DNA of 32,000 nucleotides from Cyanobacterium sp. uoEpiScrs1 (GCF_947331815.1 NZ_OX373462.1:2337362-2369361), one strand, 5' to 3'. Positions 18,675 to 28,981 are shown, numbered from the stretch's first letter. Notes: generated by a model not told the origin, from the letters alone. Numbers and translations are program-made.

Positions 18675-19694
18675 TTATTTCATTTGTTGTTTTTTCTCAG
18701 CCTTTATATCTCGAATACTGGCGAACTCTAATTCGGCATCCATCAAAGTTTGTCCAGTGGCGGCTAAGTAAACGTCATCAAGACTAGGACGAGATTGGGC
18801 TAAACTGAAGATAGGAAATCCTGCCTTTATTAAAGATTGTTCAATTTGACTTAAACAATTACTCCCTATCTTTACCACAAGGTTGAGAGAATTTCCTTGG
18901 CATTGATTGATGATTACTTCTTCAACAAAAGGTAAATCCTGAAGCAGGGTTTTGGCTTGTTCGGCTTCTTCCACTGGAGAAAATTCCCGAACTCTTAGGG
19001 TAACGCGATCACCTCCCACTCGATTTTTCAATTGAGAAGGGGTTCCCTCAGCAATAACTCGTCCTTGATTAATAATGGCTAAGCGATCAGCTAGGGCATC
19101 GATTTCTTCAAGATAATGACTGGTAATCAAGACAGTTGTGCCAGCTTGCTGTAATTTTCGTAAAAACTCCCAAACAATAAACCTACTTTCTATATCTAAT
19201 CCCACAGTAGGTTCATCCAGTACCAACACTTCCGGTTGATGAAGTAAACCAGCTGCTAAGTCTAGACGTTTACGGATACCCCCTGAGTAGGTCCCTGTTT
19301 TGTGGTCGGCATAGTTTTCTAAGTCCAACAGTCTGATTAACTCAGCAATACGATCTTTTGCTTTTTTTTGGGGAAGATGGTACAGGTCCGCTTGCAGTTC
19401 TAATAACTCTCGTCCTGTTAATACTTGATCTAAGGCTACTTCCTGGGCTACGTACCCCAAGCGACGACGGGCTTCTTTAGGGTATTTAAGAACAGAAATT
19501 CCCGCTACTTCTATTTTACCTTCCTCAGGCTTAGCTAAAGTACATAAACAGCGAATGGTAGTGGTTTTTCCCGCTCCATTAGGACCTAATAAGCCAAAAA
19601 TCTCTCCTGGTTGGACCTTAAAGGAAATATCTTGAATCGCTTTAAGAGTACCATAATTTTTTTTCAGGGACTCAATAACAATAGCAGGGATCAT
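18675..19694 (-). CDS. ABC transporter ATP-binding protein (ABC-2 / DrrA-like)
   Basis: Walker A GLLGPNGAGKTT, signature YSGGIRKRLDLA and Walker B VLVLDEPTVGLD. I place the start at Met52 of the tracked ORF (MIPAIVIESLKKNYG). The upstream 51 codons do not look like protein. Confidence 0.9.
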   Translation of the reverse strand: MIPAIVIESLKKNYGTLKAIQDISFKVQPGEIFGLLGPNGAGKTTTIRCLCTLAKPEEGKIEVAGISVLKYPKEARRRLGYVAQEVALDQVLTGRELLELQADLYHLPQKKAKDRIAELIRLLDLENYADHKTGTYSGGIRKRLDLAAGLLHQPEVLVLDEPTVGLDIESRFIVWEFLRKLQQAGTTVLITSHYLEEIDALADRLAIINQGRVIAEGTPSQLKNRVGGDRVTLRVREFSPVEEAEQAKTLLQDLPFVEEVIINQCQGNSLNLVVKIGSNCLSQIEQSLIKAGFPIFSLAQSRPSLDDVYLAATGQTLMDAELEFASIRDIKAEKKQQMK

Positions 19695-21186
19695 AACCGA
19701 TTGATAATTAGAAAATAACGATGCAAACAACCTCATTACTGCCACACAGGGTTCCCTCAGCTCAGTTTGGGACCGAACTGATGTCATTCTCGATGCACTA
19801 TCTTTAAGTGATAGCCACCTTATCGGGATATACCGTATAGACACCAATTCTGACAGTCTTTGTCATACAACAGATGACTATGTCTAGTTGTTGTGAACCG
19901 ATCTTGATTTCGGTCCTCTTTTTCCATTGTATTGGAAGTTTAAGAAATGTGGGGATATGAATTAAAGATCGTAAACTATAGTTAGTAAGTTGTTTAATGG
20001 ATAAACTAATTTAAAAGCGACCATAATATCTCCGGTTAGTATTCTTTATTTAAGAGGTTGTGATTCAATGAGTCTAAAGTTACATATAAAATTTAGAAAA
20101 TAGTATTTTTACTTATACGACTACTCAATAAATTGGTCAACTAAAATCAATTATTAAGAGGCAGTCAACTCTATATTCAAAAGAAATTAAACTTTTTCCT
20201 AATATTTTAGGTAACTTTTTACAAAGTTGGATGTTAACTGCACTAATAGATCTATGTATTTTAATTTGATAAATATTTTAAATAAAAAAATGTTAGTATG
20301 TGTTTTTCTCTTGTACATTATTGATGTATCAAATAAAACAGTTCAAGAGAAGTAATTTGTTATTTATTGACAAATCTTATTGAGTATTTTTCTGTAATAT
20401 TAATTAATATAATCTCTTAATTCTGATAACTTTTTATGGTTAGGATTAACCTGAATATAGAGGAGTAATTTGCCTTTGCTTTACTCTGTATAATCTCACG
20501 ATCTAGAATGGACAGATAATAGTAAATTGCTACTGCTTTAATACTACTTTCAAGAATCACCAGCCTCGTGTCTAAGTTGGTAAGAAGGTGGTTAGATTAC
20601 AATTATAAATTTTTATAAAGAGAGAGATGGTCTTGAAGTAATGTACTTTAAAAGTGGTGTTAGAGGTCATAGAGATGCGAAAATTTTGGAAAATATATAC
20701 TCAGACAAATCAATCTAGAAATTGACAACTAAAAAATAACTGATTATGGTCACATTTACTAGAAGTTTTTGAATCACTCCCAATAGCTGTTCCCTCATTA
20801 AACAGAGATGGAGGGAATTTATACTTAATAATTCTACTTTAAAGCAACTGAACTATACCCCAAGTAGTAAGACAGAAAAGAAACTATCAGCTAATTCTAC
20901 TACTTTAAATTAAAGATAATTCTCGGTCTCCCTTAGATTATAAGATATTGAGCATAAACAAGTAAGATTAATATTGAAAATTTAGCTAGGTTTAGTAGAT
21001 AATTGAGGGAAATCTTATCAGTAATAATATCGTCGATGGAACATCTGCAATTTGAGTTTCCAGAAAGGTAAAACCGATAGTCTGTTATGGTAATAAAAAT
21101 GATAAGATATTCGTAGACTTTACTGGATTTGCCCTCAAACCTAGCTAATAAAGGTTTGTGGCGCAAAAATAGACTTTGTGTTAGCT

Positions 21187-21903
21187 TTAAAGTTCAGCTC
21201 CAGCTGCTTGATCAAGCAACCACCAGAGTTCGCCTTGGGGATCAATAAAACGGGAGGGATAAGTCTTGCCATTGGCTTCAGTGGACATAATTTGAGCTAA
21301 AGCCGGACGTTTATTCTCCCCAGCTACAATAAAAATTACACAGTGAGCCTGATTAATTAAGGGGATAGTAAACGTTAAGCGAGGTTGTCCGTCTTTATTT
21401 CCCACAGTAATTAAGCGATCACGAACATCGAGAGCTTTCGTTTGAGGAAATAAGGAAGCCGTATGACCATCATCTCCCATGCCAAGTAAGACAACATCTA
21501 AAGCAGGGAATTCTCCAGGAACAACCTGAAAAAACTCTTTTAATTCAGCTTCATAAATTTGAGCATCAATAGTAGGATCGCTCGATCCTGTGGGCATAGG
21601 ATGAATATTCTTTGCCGGGATAGAGATTTGATTGAGCCAAGCTTGGCGTGCCATCCGTTGATTACTATCTGTATGATCATGACTCACATAACGTTCGTCT
21701 CCCCAGAAAATATGTATTTTCTCCCAGGGCAAAGACTGTGTAGCTAAGGATTCGTACAATGGTTTTGGAGTACTGCCTCCGGATAGGACGATACTACATC
21801 TTCCTTTATTTTGGATAGAATCAGTGATTTTTTCTACTGTCAGAGACAGTGATCGCTCAATGAGAGCAGTTTTATTTGGTAAGACTTCAATCAATTTCTT
21901 CAT
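21187..21903 (-). CDS. pgl: 6-phosphogluconolactonase
   Basis: Motifs LSGGSTP, FWGDERYV and LLGMGDDGHTASLFP. 238 aa. Confidence 0.9.
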   Translation of the reverse strand: MKKLIEVLPNKTALIERSLSLTVEKITDSIQNKGRCSIVLSGGSTPKPLYESLATQSLPWEKIHIFWGDERYVSHDHTDSNQRMARQAWLNQISIPAKNIHPMPTGSSDPTIDAQIYEAELKEFFQVVPGEFPALDVVLLGMGDDGHTASLFPQTKALDVRDRLITVGNKDGQPRLTFTIPLINQAHCVIFIVAGENKRPALAQIMSTEANGKTYPSRFIDPQGELWWLLDQAAGAEL

Positions 21904-22387
21904 TACTTTTAAAGTGTGTTCTAGTGTTCTACTGTAAGCTATGTGGGCTATATTTTTAGCAAAGCCTTTAGATAAAAGGTATAGGGAAATATCCTATCCA
22001 TATTTTTCGATAAGATTTTACCAAGAGGTAGTATCGACTAGAAATAACTGAGGGGAATAAATTTTTTCAAATTCTAAAACCGTTCAGTTATTAGCCATTT
22101 TGCTACGGACTAATTAGACCACTAAATATTATCATATTGACAGTGATTGTTATTCTGACAAATTTCTACCTAATGTTTTAACGGAATAGTTCGGAGAAAT
22201 TTTAATCTGTCAATTCTATGGGAACATCTATTTTGGGAAAAGAGGGTTTTTCAAAGAGAGTGTAATTTCATAGCAATTTTCGGTATTTAAGTTGCCTCTC
22301 AATAGTAGTCAATCCTATCATTGTCAAGTGTTGCTTGACATCCTTCATTAATATCCACTAAATAAATTAACAGCCAAGCACATAATA

Positions 22388-23185
22388 ATGACGATGAATA
22401 ACCGTGCCTTTACTTCTCTTTCTTTCAAACTCATTGGAGTAGTTTTACTCCTGTCTTCCCTGTTGGACTATATCACTTTAGCTATTCCTTTAAACTTGCA
22501 AAGTTCTCAATGGCAAATTGGATTACTTACGAATATTGTTGACCGTGGAATCGTTCCCTTAGTGGGAATAGGGTTCATTCTCCTTGGATATTTTGTAGAA
22601 AACTTAAATGACACCACTCTTCGACAATCTTCTGAATTCGATCTACGCGTTCCTATTTATATCCTGTCCAGCATCATGGGGCTTATGTTTTTGTTAATTA
22701 TTCCGCTTCATCTCAATAATCTTAATGAAGTCAAGGTCAATACCCTTAATCAAATTGAGCAAGGCGCTGGTCAGGGGGCTGACCAAATCCAAGCTTTTTT
22801 AGCTCAAATCGATCAATTATCTAAAAATCCACAACGTCTTAGCCAACAGATTCAACAGTTAAATCAAGCCGTCGAGTCAGGAGAAGTTCAAGGACAATCT
22901 CTCAATGCCCAACAGCTAGAACAATTGCAAAAACAACGTACTCAACTTGAACAATTACAGGATTTATCCAAAAATCCAACAGAATACAAAAATCGTATTG
23001 ATGAGTTGACTGAACAGTTTCAAGAACAGTTAATTAGTCAGCGCAGACAAGCTGAAAATAAAGCTAAGACTCAAGCTCTTAAGCAAAGTTTACGGATCGG
23101 ATTAAGTAGTTTGATGCTAGCCATTGTTTATAGTACTGTCGGCTGGATTGGATTTAAGGTTGTGATGGGTAGCAAAACTTCTTAA
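22388..23185 (+). CDS. Membrane protein with a Gln-rich coiled coil; resembles the cyanobacterial family annotated HpsJ
   Basis: N-terminal helices with DRGIVPLVGIGFILLGY, a central Q/L-rich coiled coil and a C-terminal helix. The family name is from recollection only. Confidence 0.55.
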   Translation: MTMNNRAFTSLSFKLIGVVLLLSSLLDYITLAIPLNLQSSQWQIGLLTNIVDRGIVPLVGIGFILLGYFVENLNDTTLRQSSEFDLRVPIYILSSIMGLMFLLIIPLHLNNLNEVKVNTLNQIEQGAGQGADQIQAFLAQIDQLSKNPQRLSQQIQQLNQAVESGEVQGQSLNAQQLEQLQKQRTQLEQLQDLSKNPTEYKNRIDELTEQFQEQLISQRRQAENKAKTQALKQSLRIGLSSLMLAIVYSTVGWIGFKVVMGSKTS

Positions 23186-23385
23186 ATTTCAAGGCTCGAA
23201 ATTACCATAGCTAAATTTCCGATAATTATTTTGTCTTTCTTACTTACATATTTTTTCAGCAATTTCTAAAAAGCTTACGATGACTAGACTCAGTATGATC
23301 AGTTAAATTGATGTCCTCTAAATTATGAACAAACTATGATACGATCAATGGGATTAATTACCTTCTTATTGAAGAGTTTGCGGAC

Positions 23386-24126
23386 GTGCTTCAACACTTC
23401 AAGCAGGATCTAAAAAATGATCTAATTGCCGGTTTGTTAGTGGTGATTCCCCTAGCAACAACTATATGGCTAACTATTACTGTTGCTAGCTGGGTAGTTA
23501 ATTTGCTAACGCAAATTCCTAAGCAGCTTAATCCTTTTGACGGGCTTGATCCAATTTTAAGCTACTGTTTCAACTTGCTGGTTGGATTAGCGGTCCCTCT
23601 GCTCTGTATTTTAATTATTGGCTTAATGGCTCGCAATATCGCAGGCCGTTGGTTGTTGGATCTAGGAGAACGAATCTTACAATCGATTCCCTTAGCTGGG
23701 GCTGTTTATAAGACTCTTCAACAAATTTTAGAAACTCTATTTAAAGATTCTAAAAGTAAGTTTCGCCGTGTTGTCATGATTGAGTACCCCCGCCAAGGGG
23801 TATGGAGTTTGGGCTTTGTTACTGGAGCGTTAAGTGCTCAGTTGCAATCTCATCTTAATGAGCCAATGCTTAGTGTTTTTATTCCGACAACTCCTAATCC
23901 TACCTCTGGGTGGTATGCTATCGTTTCTGAAAATGATGTGGTTAACCTATCCATTTCCATTGAAGATGCGTTTAAGGTCTTGATTTCCGGCGGTATAGTC
24001 AGTCCTCATGCTACGGAATCGGAATCGGTTTCGCCATCTCAATCTCATGATCAAAAATTTATTTCCTTAGATAAACCCATTATTCGAGAATCCGCTCATA
24101 CTATTTCGACAGAAGACAAAACCTAA
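23386..24126 (+). CDS. DUF502 family membrane protein
   Basis: GTG start. LIAGLLVVIPLATTIWL and PTTPNPTSGWY are characteristic DUF502 blocks. Confidence 0.75.
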   Translation: MLQHFKQDLKNDLIAGLLVVIPLATTIWLTITVASWVVNLLTQIPKQLNPFDGLDPILSYCFNLLVGLAVPLLCILIIGLMARNIAGRWLLDLGERILQSIPLAGAVYKTLQQILETLFKDSKSKFRRVVMIEYPRQGVWSLGFVTGALSAQLQSHLNEPMLSVFIPTTPNPTSGWYAIVSENDVVNLSISIEDAFKVLISGGIVSPHATESESVSPSQSHDQKFISLDKPIIRESAHTISTEDKT

Positions 24127-24188
24127 ACAGGCATCATAAACGATACAGTTAATGTCTCATAGTTTGTCGTGGTTTTGTTAATTCTTAA

Positions 24189-24235
24189 GTGCGGGCCGGT
24201 TACCCATTAATGGCGAGTGTAGTTGTACGGCCCAC
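24189..24235 (+). terminator. GC-rich imperfect hairpin between the DUF502 gene and nusB (possible terminator or leader structure)
   Basis: gtg(cg)ggccg ... cggcccac gives 3+5 bp with a 2-nt bulge. It is followed within 6 nt by tttctcttgtttt. It is the only GC-rich patch in this gap. Confidence 0.3.
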
Positions 24236-24278
24236 TTGGGAGTTTCTCTTGTTTTACTACTCATGATACTATTGTACT

Positions 24279-24929
24279 ATGTTTTTTAAGCAGAAACCTC
24301 GTCGAATTTCTCGTGAATTAGCCCTATTGAGCCTTAGTCAAATTAAGGGAAGTGCTGTAAAATTCGAACAAAAAGAGTTAAGCAATTTAGTTTTAGCAGC
24401 AATTCGCACATTGACTACTGAAGGACAAGACATTCTGGAATCTGCTGCGGCAGAAATAACACGTAGTCATGAACGATTGCTGAAAAGTGAGATTCAGGCG
24501 GCTGATGTTCAAAGTGCAAAAACCATGGTATCCGAAGCTATTGAACTAGCTAAAGGAGCCATTAATCGTTTAGTTTATGCAATTGAATTACCCGAAACGA
24601 TCCAGCTCTCGAGTCAACACGAAGTACGAGAGTATACATTAGAGTTGATCGAGACTGTTTGTCGCCGTCGATTCGAAATCGACCAACAGCTTGATTCTGT
24701 TCTTGTGGATTGGCATTTAAGCCGTTTACCCAAAATAGATAGAGATATTCTGAGAATAGCGGCAGCAGAGATTCTCTTTCTCAAAATACCTCACAAAGTC
24801 TCCATTAATGAAGCAGTAGAAATAGCCAAGCGCTATTCTGATGATGAGGGTTATCGTTTTATTAATGGAGTTTTACGTAGATTAACCGAACATTTGAGAA
24901 AATCGACAAGTACTAAAGACTCCACTTAA
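24279..24929 (+). CDS. nusB: Transcription antitermination factor NusB
   Basis: [14 protein letters not shown] and [25 protein letters not shown]. It has the cyanobacterial-type long N-terminal region. Confidence 0.9.
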   Translation: MFFKQKPRRISRELALLSLSQIKGSAVKFEQKELSNLVLAAIRTLTTEGQDILESAAAEITRSHERLLKSEIQAADVQSAKTMVSEAIELAKGAINRLVYAIELPETIQLSSQHEVREYTLELIETVCRRRFEIDQQLDSVLVDWHLSRLPKIDRDILRIAAAEILFLKIPHKVSINEAVEIAKRYSDDEGYRFINGVLRRLTEHLRKSTSTKDST

Positions 24930-24965
24930 AAATTAGGAGACTTTAAAGTAGAGATTCAAAGCAAT

Positions 24966-25238
24966 TCAGGAAGTCTGATGATTGAAATTAGATATCTCTT
25001 GAACTGTTTGAATACTCTCTTCTGTGTCAAAAATCGTTAAAACATTTGGCTTGCACCGTTTGACAACTACTTTAATCTCTTGAGCTCCTTCAGATTGTAA
25101 GTCTTCAACATAACCCCCACAACTAACTTGTGCCGTTTTTTTTCGGATAAATGGACCAAAATAATAAGTACATTGGGGAGTTTTTGTAATAATTTCTACC
25201 CAGTAAGCTAGTCCGATAAAATTAAACATTTTTAACAT
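24966..25238 (-). CDS. DUF1816 family protein
   Basis: GLAYWVEIITKTPQCTYYFGPF is the DUF1816 signature. I prefer the start at Met28 of the tracked ORF because AAGGA lies upstream. Confidence 0.6.
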   Translation of the reverse strand: MLKMFNFIGLAYWVEIITKTPQCTYYFGPFIRKKTAQVSCGGYVEDLQSEGAQEIKVVVKRCKPNVLTIFDTEESIQTVQEISNFNHQTS

Positions 25239-25349
25239 AGGTCGTTTTATCCTTATTCCCTTCGTGACGATTTTAACTGTTTCTAAAACGCCATTGTAAC
25301 GTTCTCTTTTTAAGAACATTTGGGCGTTAAGCTCTTATTATTTGTTAGT

Positions 25350-26273
25350 TTATCGGTCGAAATTCAGTTTGTTAACTTTAGAGGATGATGTAGATCCCAG
25401 ATAAACTCGACCTGACCAACGTTGACGATAGACCTCGTAAAGGGTTATAGCCGCCGCTACAGAAGCGTTTAGACTTGGAGTTTTTCCCTCTAAAGAAATG
25501 GAGATAAGTTGATCACAAAAACGTTGAGTTAACAAACTCAATCCATTCTTCTCCGAGCCTATTACCAATCCTATCGCACCTTTAAATTCTATACTATGTA
25601 ACAGTTTACCTCCATCAGATGTGGTGCCATAAATCCAAAATCCAGCTGTTTTTAAGGTTTCTAACGCTCTGCTGAGGTTGACGACCCTAGCTACTGGAAA
25701 GAACTCCAATGCCCCTGCAGCTACTTTAGTTACAGTAGAGGTCACTCCAGCTGCTCTTCGTTGAGGGATTACTAATCCTTGTGCTCCCAACGCTTCGGCA
25801 GTGCGGATGATTGCCCCTAAGTTGTGGGGATCAGCAATACCATCAGCAATGATAATGACAGGTTCATCAGTACTTATTTTAGCTTGAGAAATTAACTCAT
25901 TTAGATCTTGGTAACTATAGGGAGAAATTTGGACTGCTACCCCTTGATGATTTCCTCCGTGAGTAATTTGATTTAGACGTTGAATGTTAACTTCGTCAAT
26001 TACTGTTCCTTTAGCTTTTACTGTTTGAAGTAAAGAATGAAAGCGAGTATCATAATGGAGTTTATTCGTGATCCAAACTCGATTTAACTGGCGACCACTT
26101 TCTAATGCAGCAAGAACAGAATGGCGACCATAAACTATATCATCAGTTTCATCATTTTTTTGTGGAGCTTTAGGAGAAATATTTGATCCTGATGAAAATT
26201 TCTGTTTTTTTATCGTTGGTTTCCTAGAACCATAGGAGTTCTTACGGGGAACTGGATAAGATTTTTCTGTCAT
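25350..26273 (-). CDS. rlmB: TrmH/SpoU family RNA 2'-O-methyltransferase, RlmB-like
   Basis: Substrate-binding N-domain ([15 protein letters not shown]) and SpoU motifs [27 protein letters not shown] and [14 protein letters not shown]. Basic N-terminal extension. Confidence 0.8.
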   Translation of the reverse strand: MTEKSYPVPRKNSYGSRKPTIKKQKFSSGSNISPKAPQKNDETDDIVYGRHSVLAALESGRQLNRVWITNKLHYDTRFHSLLQTVKAKGTVIDEVNIQRLNQITHGGNHQGVAVQISPYSYQDLNELISQAKISTDEPVIIIADGIADPHNLGAIIRTAEALGAQGLVIPQRRAAGVTSTVTKVAAGALEFFPVARVVNLSRALETLKTAGFWIYGTTSDGGKLLHSIEFKGAIGLVIGSEKNGLSLLTQRFCDQLISISLEGKTPSLNASVAAAITLYEVYRQRWSGRVYLGSTSSSKVNKLNFDR

Positions 26274-26539
26274 AATCGGTGTGTGGAAAAGAATAATGAT
26301 ATGTCTACTTTTTTAGGAGTAAGGATTCTAGTGATCAATAAACACCTGGAACACAACTGATAAGATCTCCTGAAAATGTACAAAGTCTAAACTTTTAGTT
26401 ATAGTTAGTTATATCGTGTTCAAGTCTAGGATTACTTTTAATTATAAGAAATAGTCACAGTACTTAGCCGAAACTTGTCTATTCTCGACTATTATCGACA
26501 GTGTTGTTGAAATAAATGGACCTCTCCTTATCTGAGGTA

Positions 26540-27802
26540 TTAGGAATGAATTACCTTGTCTTCAGGGTTTATTAACCTTAAAAGTTTTTGCTTGATTTGG
26601 GCGTCAAAGACTTCCCATTTAAGTTTGGTATAGTTAGTGTTGTCGTTACTTCCCCCAAGAAAGCCAATGTGAATCTCAAACCCACCGGCCATTTCTCTCC
26701 CACCTCCATAATATCGACCTTGAGCATCTTTTCCCAAAGCTTCCTTTAGAAATTCATCAGGATCAAGAGTTAGCTTATTAGTTCTCAGAGAACCGATAAC
26801 TACTTCAACATCATTATCTTGATCGTGGATGATGCCATACACCACGGCAGTATGAATATTTTCCTCAGTGACTAAAAAATCAGCAGCCTGGGGGATTGCA
26901 TCTCGATCTTCATAACGTAAATAACCTACTCCAGCAATAGAAACATTATTTTGAGTCCAACGATTCTTTAGTGATCGTTCAATCACATCCATTACTCGCC
27001 GTGAACGTGCTGATTGTAGCACAGCATTGAGTAACTGAGAGTCGTATATACGAGATAAATAAGCAGCTGCTAATAAGTCTTGTTCTTGAGCTTGGAGTAA
27101 ATTATTAGTATCAGAACGAATGCCATGCATTAGGGCAGTCGCACACTTCACATGAACGTTATCACTGTTATCAAAATGTAACAGTCCTGCTTGCAAGTAT
27201 TGAGTAATAATTGTTGCAGTAGCACGAGTCTGAGGTCGTAAATCAATAAATTCTGCTCTAATATCTCCTTGTCTACTATGGTGATCAATAACAACAGCAA
27301 CGGGAATTTTAGCTTGTTTTACTAACGGCATTAATTGACTTGTATTCCCTTGACTATCTACCAGCACGCAACTTTGATAAATAGAGAGATCTCGCTCTTT
27401 GAGGGTATTAACACTCCACCGTTTAGCAGGTAATCCAGTCAACTTAACTAAAGCAATATTTTCCTGATGGGATAGGGTTCCAGCATAGACAATATCACAG
27501 TTTATTTCATAAGGTTGAGCAATGAGTTGGTAAGCCCAGGCACTTGAAAGGGCATCAGGGTCGGGAAAGTCTTGAATGACAACAATCTGACATTCTCCTT
27601 GATGATGTTCTAATGTTTGTTGTAACTTATGAGCAAGTTTTCCCAAAATGACATCATGATTTTTCTTTCCATGATTAGAAATGATAGTTGTTGGACTATT
27701 CTTATCAGTTCGGTCAGTTTCCCCTGAAGTCAATTGAGATCTTAACTTTGTCTGCGAGGTTTTATGGTTACTAGGAGTAAGTAAGGTTGATTTCATCTGC
27801 AA
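26540..27802 (-). CDS. DHH family phosphoesterase (NrnA-like)
   Basis: DHH motifs DFPDPDALSS and VVIDHHS, plus the DHHA1-type GGGREMAGG. Confidence 0.8.
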   Translation of the reverse strand: MQMKSTLLTPSNHKTSQTKLRSQLTSGETDRTDKNSPTTIISNHGKKNHDVILGKLAHKLQQTLEHHQGECQIVVIQDFPDPDALSSAWAYQLIAQPYEINCDIVYAGTLSHQENIALVKLTGLPAKRWSVNTLKERDLSIYQSCVLVDSQGNTSQLMPLVKQAKIPVAVVIDHHSRQGDIRAEFIDLRPQTRATATIITQYLQAGLLHFDNSDNVHVKCATALMHGIRSDTNNLLQAQEQDLLAAAYLSRIYDSQLLNAVLQSARSRRVMDVIERSLKNRWTQNNVSIAGVGYLRYEDRDAIPQAADFLVTEENIHTAVVYGIIHDQDNDVEVVIGSLRTNKLTLDPDEFLKEALGKDAQGRYYGGGREMAGGFEIHIGFLGGSNDNTNYTKLKWEVFDAQIKQKLLRLINPEDKVIHS

Positions 27803-28300
27803 GTAGTTTAGTGATAAGAAGTGGTTAATAATGGAAATTAATTTAAGAAACTCAGAGATTTTTAACTAACTACGGTCAGGGTTTAGCATTTCTTTAGAAA
27901 AATTTGGAAAGGAGACAACTCTATAAAGAGTAAAAGGCAATTAGGATAGTTAACCGTATATTCAACTACTTTATCGACACACAGAAAGATACCTAAGACT
28001 ACTTTTGGGTCCTACCGTGATTGATCGGCAAAACAAAGTTTTTCTTCATCTTTTTTTGAAAGATTTAGGGATAATAAAGATATAATTTAGAGCAGACGCA
28101 TTTTGGGCATACCCCCATTATTTTAACCTAATTTTTATAGCAGATTTTATTTTGTCATAAAACAGTAAGATTTGAAAACGGATCTTCTCCTTGAATGAAT
28201 ATTATTTTTTTTAATAATTAGTCGTCCAATCTTAGTTTTTTCTGAGTTAAGCTATGTTCTATTATAAATAATTTGATTTCCTCTTAAACTATTTATAATT

Positions 28301-28318
28301 AATTATGTAAATTATGTA
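28301..28318. repeat. Perfect tandem duplication, 9 bp x2 (aattatgta)
   Basis: aattatgta at 28301-28309 and 28310-28318. Confidence 0.9.
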
Positions 28319-28492
28319 CGCTCAAAAATTATAGGCTAAGATTATAAAACGAAGTGATAGTGACATTGTATAGAAAATATTAAAACAGTTAATCTTAGAG
28401 CTAGTAATTGATTTATTTAATATAATTTATAACTTAAGTTATATTAAATTCACACCAGTTATTTTTTTACTTAAAGAATAATAAATAATCTT

Positions 28493-28981
28493 ATGATTTA
28501 TGTAATCATGGGTGTATCAGGTTCAGGAAAAACAACCATAGGAAAACAGCTTAGTTGTCAATTAAACTATCATTTTTATGATGCAGATGATTTTCATTCA
28601 TTAAAAAATATCCAAAAAATGAGTAATGGAATTCCTCTTAATGACAAGGATCGTCTACCTTGGTTACTATCTATTAGTTTTCTAATAAATAATCTACAAC
28701 AACATCAAATCAATGCTGTCATTGCCTGTTCATCTCTAAAAAAATCCTATAGAAAATTATTAAAAAGTAATCATCAAGATCTAGTTTGGATTTACCTTAA
28801 AGGAAGTTTTAAACAAATTTCAGAAAGACTAGACAAACGGAACAAACATTTTATGAAAAGTCAGATGTTAAAGTCTCAATTTGAAGATCTAGAAGAGCCA
28901 AATAACGCGATAATTATCGATATTAGTTCAACCTCAGAAGAAATAATAAAACAAATTTTGTCCCGTATAACTTATTTATAA
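28493..28981 (+). CDS. gntK: Gluconokinase
   Basis: P-loop GVSGSGKTT, then YDADDFHS, PLNDKDRLPWL and CSSLKKSYR as in GntK/IdnK. 162 aa. Confidence 0.85.
   Translation: MIYVIMGVSGSGKTTIGKQLSCQLNYHFYDADDFHSLKNIQKMSNGIPLNDKDRLPWLLSISFLINNLQQHQINAVIACSSLKKSYRKLLKSNHQDLVWIYLKGSFKQISERLDKRNKHFMKSQMLKSQFEDLEEPNNAIIIDISSTSEEIIKQILSRITYL

Noticed and set aside
19747-19790. AGGGUUCC...GGGACCGAAC on the plus strand, reminiscent of the ykkC (guanidine-I) riboswitch core
   Set aside because: The match is partial. The conserved GGUCCGAGAG and ACACGGCGGGAUAAAAGCCCGGGAGA elements are absent, and there is no downstream plus-strand gene to regulate.
19695-19847. 51-codon N-terminal extension of the ABC ATPase ORF
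   Set aside because: The extension has no similarity to ABC ATPase N-termini. The canonical N-terminus begins at the internal Met (MIPAIVIESLKKNYG). The region is treated instead as a non-coding leader (see findings).
20933-21166. 77-aa ORF in the spacer downstream of pgl
   Set aside because: It has AT-rich, I/L/Y/N-dominated low-complexity sequence, no RBS and no recognisable domain. It is probably a chance ORF or at best a decayed remnant.
21559-21747. 62-aa ORF on the plus strand
   Set aside because: It is antisense within pgl.
26410-26430. gttcaagtct, a T-loop-like motif (possible tRNA)
   Set aside because: The flanking bases cannot form a T-stem, and no acceptor or anticodon arms can be drawn. 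No tRNA is supported here or anywhere else I scanned.
28428-28443. 16-bp perfect palindrome tataacttaagttata upstream of gntK
   Set aside because: Several AT-rich 8+8 palindromes are expected by chance in 10 kb of such DNA. It is kept only as a note under the gntK finding.
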